Below are positions 31,911 to 36,256 of a stretch of 36,256 bases of DNA, piece by piece. The stretch is taken from NCBI GenBank assembly GCA_049724395.1, contig JAUGWO010000102.1:434001-470256 (forward strand), given 5' to 3'. Below the pieces are notes generated by a model that worked only from the letters and a program-made list of their open reading frames with translations, was not told the DNA's origin and did not search any database. Numbering within the stretch: position 1 is the first letter of the stretch; every line of letters begins with the position of its first letter. The DNA comes from Spongospora subterranea f. sp. subterranea (Eukaryota). The position numbers and the translations under genes were made by a program.

Positions 31911-32784
31911 ATGTCATCTCTTCAGTTTAACATGTCATCTCTTTAGTTGGTAACATGTCATCTCTTTAGTTGGTAACATGTCATCTCTTCAGTTGGTAAC
32001 ATGTCATCTCTTTAGTTGGTAACTATGCATCTCTTCAGTTGGTAACATGTCATCTCTTTAGTTGGTAACATTCAGTTGGTAACATGTCATCTCTTTAGTT
32101 GGGTCAAGTTGGTAACATGTCATCTCTTTAGTTGGTAACATGTCATCTCTTTAGTTGGTAACATGTCATCTCTTTAGTTGGTAACATGTCATCTCTTTAG
32201 TTGGTAACATGTCATCTCTTTAGTTGGTAACATGTCATCTCTTCAGTTGGTAACATGTCATCTCTTTAGTTGGTAACATGTCATCTCTTCAGTTGGTAAC
32301 ATGTCATCTCTTTAGTTGGTAACATGTCATCTCTTCAGTTGGTAACATGTCATCTCTTTAGTTGGTAACATGTCATCTCTTTAGTTGGTAACATGTCATC
32401 TCTTTAGTTGGTAACATGTCATCTCTTTAGTTGGTAACATGTCATCTCTTCAGTTGGTAACATGTCATCTCTTTAGTTGGTAACATGTCATCTCTTTAGT
32501 TGGTAACATGTCATCTCTTTAGTTGGTAACATGTCATCTCTTTAGTTGGTAACATGTCATCTCTTCAGTTGGTAACATGTCATCTCTTTAGTTGGTAACA
32601 TGTCAGTTGGTCTCTTCTTTAGTTGGTAACATGTCATCTCTTTAGTTGGTAACATGTCATCTCTTTAGTTGGTCATGTCATCTCTTCAGTTGGTAACATG
32701 TCATCTCTTTAGTTGGTAACATGTCATCTCTTTAGTTGGTAACATGTCATCTCTTTAGTTGGTAACATGTCATCTCTTTGGTAA
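31911..32784. repeat. 23-bp minisatellite, ~38 copies, unit AACATGTCATCTCTT(T/C)AGTTGGT
   Basis: Head-to-tail units without spacers; one recurrent T/C variant and a few truncated units. Confidence 0.98.
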
Positions 32785-35700
32785 TAGAACATATCGTTGC
32801 CTCTAATCACTCTTTCTGATAAGAGGGTGGTTTAATCGAGAAAAGAGCAGGGTGTCGTAAAGATCAATATCTAGTTTAGTGAGATGCTCTAGTTGAGGGG
32901 GCAATGAGACATAAAAATACAGATCTCGAACAGGAATAGCGACTTTCTTTGCAAACCTTTCATCGGTATTCATAATCCTGACCACTGGACCGTATTGAAT
33001 TGGGTCACGATTATCAACAAGTCGCGAAATAATGCAATCGATCATTGCTTGAGTCTTGTATTCTTTTATCGCGACAGCGATTCGCGGCTTTTTGAGCGGA
33101 TCGCTTGACCTTGACAACCACGACCGGCATTTATCGGCGACTCCGATGCAACATCCTGTTGTGTGAATTCCCGAACTCGATGACGTCGTTGGTTCTCCCG
33201 ACATTGGTATGCATGGGAAACAACCCTCCATTCGCTTTCCCTTTCCGTCTTTTCAACGGTTTACCTAATTTTGATAAATCTTCATGAAGATATAGGAAAA
33301 TTTTGAACAAAAAACCTGTTGACGCAAGGCTCTGCATAAAAGGCACTCCTAAGACATCAAGGAATATGGTTTGCTCGAAAGTTGGGGCGCCAATTGCATG
33401 GTCTGGTGATTCTGACATCTCCACGATAATTTTCAAACTCTCTGAACGGAACGATATGTCGAGCACATCGCTACACTGGTCACATTCATTGACTTCAATT
33501 GCTCTTTCAAACTAATCGCTGGAGATGCCTTCTGCAATGACTATAGACCTATCATCGGTCAAAATGGTTTGGCCACAGTCAATTTTGTCGAGAAAAGTTC
33601 TTGCGAACAGATGTGATCGTGGATTAATGACTCGCCTGATGTAATCATCGAAACGGGGTCAGCCAAGAAACATGGCGATCAGTCGCAAATTTCATCGCCG
33701 TAATTTTAGTATTATTGATGGGATATTAATAGTGTTTAATTCAGAACAATTTAACAAATTTAGTCAACTCACCCAGTATTGTTTGAGCAATTCCGTTGTT
33801 TCATTATATGTTCCCATTTTCTGAACATCGAGATAATCACCATCTGAAAAAGTTTCACTCGTTTCTATAGCTGGATAAGCGTTTCGAGAACATCCGAACA
33901 TTGCTTTCGATTGAACCGTAAAATATTCCCGAATCCTTTTATATGAAATAAAAAACAAAATGTTCCAATCCTTTTATATGAAATAAAAAACAAGGCCAAA
34001 GATTTTTTCTTAATGCATCAAAACGATTCGATCTTTCAATTCTGAGTATTCTTTGATTTAAACTGCTGGTGATTTCGGTGTAATTTCACAGTACCACACG
34101 TCAAATGTGTCGGGCGCAGCCCTGTGTAATTGGACATTTGGTGTTGCCTCGGCAAAAGCCGCGTAGTAACTTGGGCAAAACTTGACTGCGAACTGCATGA
34201 TACTATTTTTGGTCTTCCGTTGACTACCAATATTGTTGGCGTTGATCATGGAAGTTATGGATCTGTTCCTTGCAGACCAGGTCGTGGGATCGTGTTTCCA
34301 ACTACAGCACGTCATTGATAATGAGAAACTGTGAAGCGTAGAGCTACTAATAAGGCGGACAAAACACAAATACTGTGCTACCGTCGGTTAGTTGTTTTTA
34401 AAATATTGTAGCTATTCAAATCCACTTTTTTCAATAATTTTACTGGCATTAAACTGCATAAACAGGTTCGCTCCATCACTCGCCAAATTGCAAGTGTCGT
34501 TTCGGAAGTTGCAGAAGTAAGCGAGAAGACCAAAATTTTGCAAGCGAATACGTCGGAGATTAGGTTCAAAAACTCGAACTGTAACACAAGCATTAGATGT
34601 CCTGCAATCCCAACTTGGCATACAGCTTGAAATAATCGGTATGGTTACGAACTGTTGCCCAACATATATCGACCTGTTTGCTTAGAAAGCAATGCATTGC
34701 GCTGTTTTGATGTGAATCTGATTCCTTTTTTACAACTTTCTACGTTCGTCCGCTGTTCAGTATCATGTTCTTCATGGCGAAAAAAATATTCTAGTTTCTG
34801 GGCGCTTGGTCTTCCTTATTGGCAATTGTCTAGCGTATGATGATAAGGATTTTTGCGATTTCGTATATCAATGCATGTCTTGTAGACGATCTCATTGAAT
34901 CCTCCACCGGTTCATCACAAGTTCAATGTATCTGTTTCTCAACTGGATCTCTCTTTGTTTATTTGTGGAATCGAATCAAAGCGCTGTCTCTGCGAATCAG
35001 CTGAGAGTCCCGAAGAAATTAATCCTCGCTCTCCGACCTCACAGATGCTATCGTCAACAATGACGAGAAACGGTTCTGATATATCGTTTAGTTTGTCGAT
35101 ATGTGAAAGGCATCACACGTCGCAATACGATAGAGAGCTTGAGTTTGCCAAAGCTGTTGTTTCCATTGACAACTGTATCAAAGATGTAAACGAAGATATC
35201 CAATTGAGGTCTAGGGCATTTTTATCACTTTGTGAAAAAGAAAAAATGCTGACACTGAAGATTGCAAAGGCTGAAACAAAGTTGCCTCGCGTGGGAAGGC
35301 ATTATTACGGTAATTTTAAGCCTGAATTGTTCAGAGCGATTACTGATTGGCCATGAAAGATTTAAAGACTCAGTTTGCTTCGGATGCACACACGACGATG
35401 TTTCTTGAAAAAGAGTTCAGTTCGATTACTGAGCAATTGAAACGCGAAGCGGGCACAGACTCCATTCTCCTGCAAGAACTTGAAGATCTTCAAAGTAATA
35501 ATCATTGGCGGCGCAGCCAGCAATCCTCAAACAAGATATTCTTCAACAAGATCCGCTCTTCGAAGGAAGATTGCTTTGCACTAAAGCCTAAAGCGGCCGT
35601 GATCCCAGATTTATTCATTAATCGTCTAATAATCGGCAAAATTAAAATTCAATTAAACATTTTGTGTACTTTATATGCCCAGATTTTTCTTCTGTAAATA

Positions 35701-36256
35701 GATTTGCCTGAGACAGAGAGAATTGTTCACGAAAAGGATTATCAGTGAAGCTGAGGCAAAATTCACATAAATCAGCAGCACTGGCAACCATATGAGAATA
35801 CAGAAGGGGACTGCCTGATAATGCATCGACATTGGCAGGGGCCAAAATATATTGAATCGACCCAAAAAGAGGAATTCGGGTCAGAGACCAACTACCACAC
35901 AATTCAATGTCAGGCGGGCAGCAGAAACCAATGAACACTGTTCGATCATTCGAGAGTATATGGTGATCAACTGGTCAACGGGATATTGAACCAGATCCAC
36001 TAGAAGAGGAGCGACGAAAGATGGAGTTACATCAGCAGGCGAGACCGCCCGAGTGATATTGTGCTGTTCGAGCAGGTTGCATCTAGCGAGGCTGGGAACA
36101 TGAACGCCAGAAGTACGATATTGGCACCCGAGTACTTGGGAAGACGACCTTCTTTCACCGCAATTCTAATTAATGTTATTAAAAAGAATGTATATCCACA
36201 CTATCAGCAAGTACCTCCAATCAGCGTTGTGACCTTCTTTTTCTTGAATAATTGAC
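32783..36256 (-). repeat. Inverted duplicate of 26698-30186 (nuclease pseudogene, coiled-coil gene, 3' end of NUP155), running to window end
   Basis: 32783 AATAGAACATATCG is the reverse complement of 30173-30186; the window end TTGAATAATTGAC is the reverse complement of 26698-26710; mirror ORFs occur (e.g. 29738-30166 vs 32803-33231, 27602-28063 vs 34895-35356). Confidence 0.97.

Noticed and set aside
31911..32784. CRISPR array
   Set aside because: Units are contiguous with no unique spacers, there are no cas genes, and the context is eukaryotic.

Overview
Compact, intron-rich eukaryotic nuclear DNA (GT-AG introns mostly ~50-60 nt, very short intergenic gaps). The style suggests a small-genome protist such as a phytomyxid, but taxonomy cannot be fixed from this sequence. 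Left to right: PIG-U (minus, runs off the window); a ~510-bp MITE-like fold-back element; an intronless 750-aa group II intron maturase-like gene (RT-X-degenerate HNH) with dead RT motifs, a presequence-like N-terminus and no visible intron RNA; a PRELI/MSF1 gene; a hypothetical gene; a large gene whose spliced N-terminus (absent from the ORF track) is a Ki-67-type FHA domain followed by a long disordered region; WDR91; RPC4; a small gene with a ~170-nt hairpin in a putative intron; a hypothetical gene; SPX-EXS (XPR1/PHO1); Nup155; and a coiled-coil gene. From ~28.9 kb the region becomes accessory: broken Uma2-like/Crinkler-type PD-(D/E)XK nuclease copies in nested inverted arrangements, a 23-bp minisatellite, and an error-rich inverted copy of 26698-30186 that may be an assembly fold-back artefact. 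Best candidates for novelty are the domesticated nuclear maturase and the Ki-67-like protein.
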